The notes under the pieces are model-generated. The model had not been told where the DNA came from, searched no databases, and saw only the letters and a program-made list of their open reading frames with translations. This document shows, piece after piece, positions 63,026 to 64,000 of a stretch of DNA of 64,000 bases. Position numbers and translations under genes: made by a program. The DNA is from Ophelia neglecta. Its lineage: Eukaryota. The DNA is taken from positions 50,902,001-50,966,000 of the forward strand of contig OZ260666.1 of NCBI GenBank assembly GCA_965285935.1, read 5' to 3'. The stretch's first letter is position 1. The number at the start of each line of letters is the position of its first letter.

Positions 63026-64000
63026 GTGAGCCATCTGCATTTCTGGCTTGTGTTAAGGCTTACGTTAACTTGAACCTTACACACTCACCCAGTCCAATCG
63101 TAGCAAACAAAGTCCCTTTCCTAGTATTAAGGACATCTATGATCAATATTAACTCTGATATAATATGTTAACAAGTCCTATGGAATCATGGTTAATGGAT
63201 AATTAGGGTAGCACATTATCCACCTGGGGGGGGGGGGGGGGCATGAAGATTAAAAAAAAGTATTTCTGTCAAATGTGGATAAAAAACGTTTGATTCGGAC
63301 TAGTCAGAAAGAAGACATTGGTCTTCGGGTAGAAACAAAATTTCCGCACCTCCATCCCCCCCCCCCCCCAAATCAATCCTTTATACTTGAATTGAACATC
63401 CTTACATACCCCCTAGATCACTTCAAAATCATTAAATCATTATTGAATGATATTTATGGTCTGACTACTTATATATTGCGAAACCACGTATTGGTTAGAC
63501 AAAGATAATGAAAATGAAAGAAAACGAAAAGCCCCAAAGGCCATGACAAGTCCAAGGCATCTAGACAAGTAGTGTTTTTAACCCAAAAGAAATGATTGCC
63601 AAGGGTACGATACACCCTGACAATATAACAGGAAAAGTCACACTCGGCCGGGGCTATTAATAAAGACAAAATAGTACAGGAAAAGTTCGACAACTTTTTT
63701 GATCAGGCATGTATTAGCAGGTTTTCACATCTTAAAAGAACTAAGTTGCCACATAAAAAAAGAAGAAAATGGATATTGCAGTAGCAAATTTATTTTCAAT
63801 TTTTAGAGAGAATTAATAACAACCATTTTAAATAGAATATAACTTGAATATAGTTATGTAGTTATGTCCAGTTATGCCAGTAGTAAATCACCGAGTTACA
63901 AAACGAAAGAAATCATATAAGATCAAATATAGCATAAATTAAAATGCTATTACGTGATCTTCATATGTCAAATGAAACTCACAGAGTTATAAAACGAAAG

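Overview
Metazoan (lophotrochozoan-like, probably mollusc; inferred, not proven) genomic DNA dominated by one + strand gene: an NR4A/HR38 (Nur77/Nurr1 family) orphan nuclear receptor. Eight coding exons (43941-51123, 684 aa) splice in phase, and the DBD/LBD intron positions match vertebrate NR4A. The ~44 kb upstream is free of other recognisable genes. It is a chain of CpG-rich islands carrying 11 of the window's 13 perfect CRE palindromes (TGACGTCA). Several islands look like complete promoter + first-exon + splice-donor cassettes. Some of these carry ATG-initiated mini-ORFs whose phase matches the shared NR4A acceptors, which suggests a BDNF-like multi-promoter, variable-N-terminus immediate-early locus. 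This is the main hypothesis and needs transcript data. Also present: three tandem-repeat arrays (40, 27 and 30 bp units), a 5'-truncated LINE with a 22-bp TSD, nested MITE-like elements, a 136-N gap, and the first exon of a Neuralized-homology-repeat (NHR) gene at the right end. No RNA genes or CRISPR arrays are supported.
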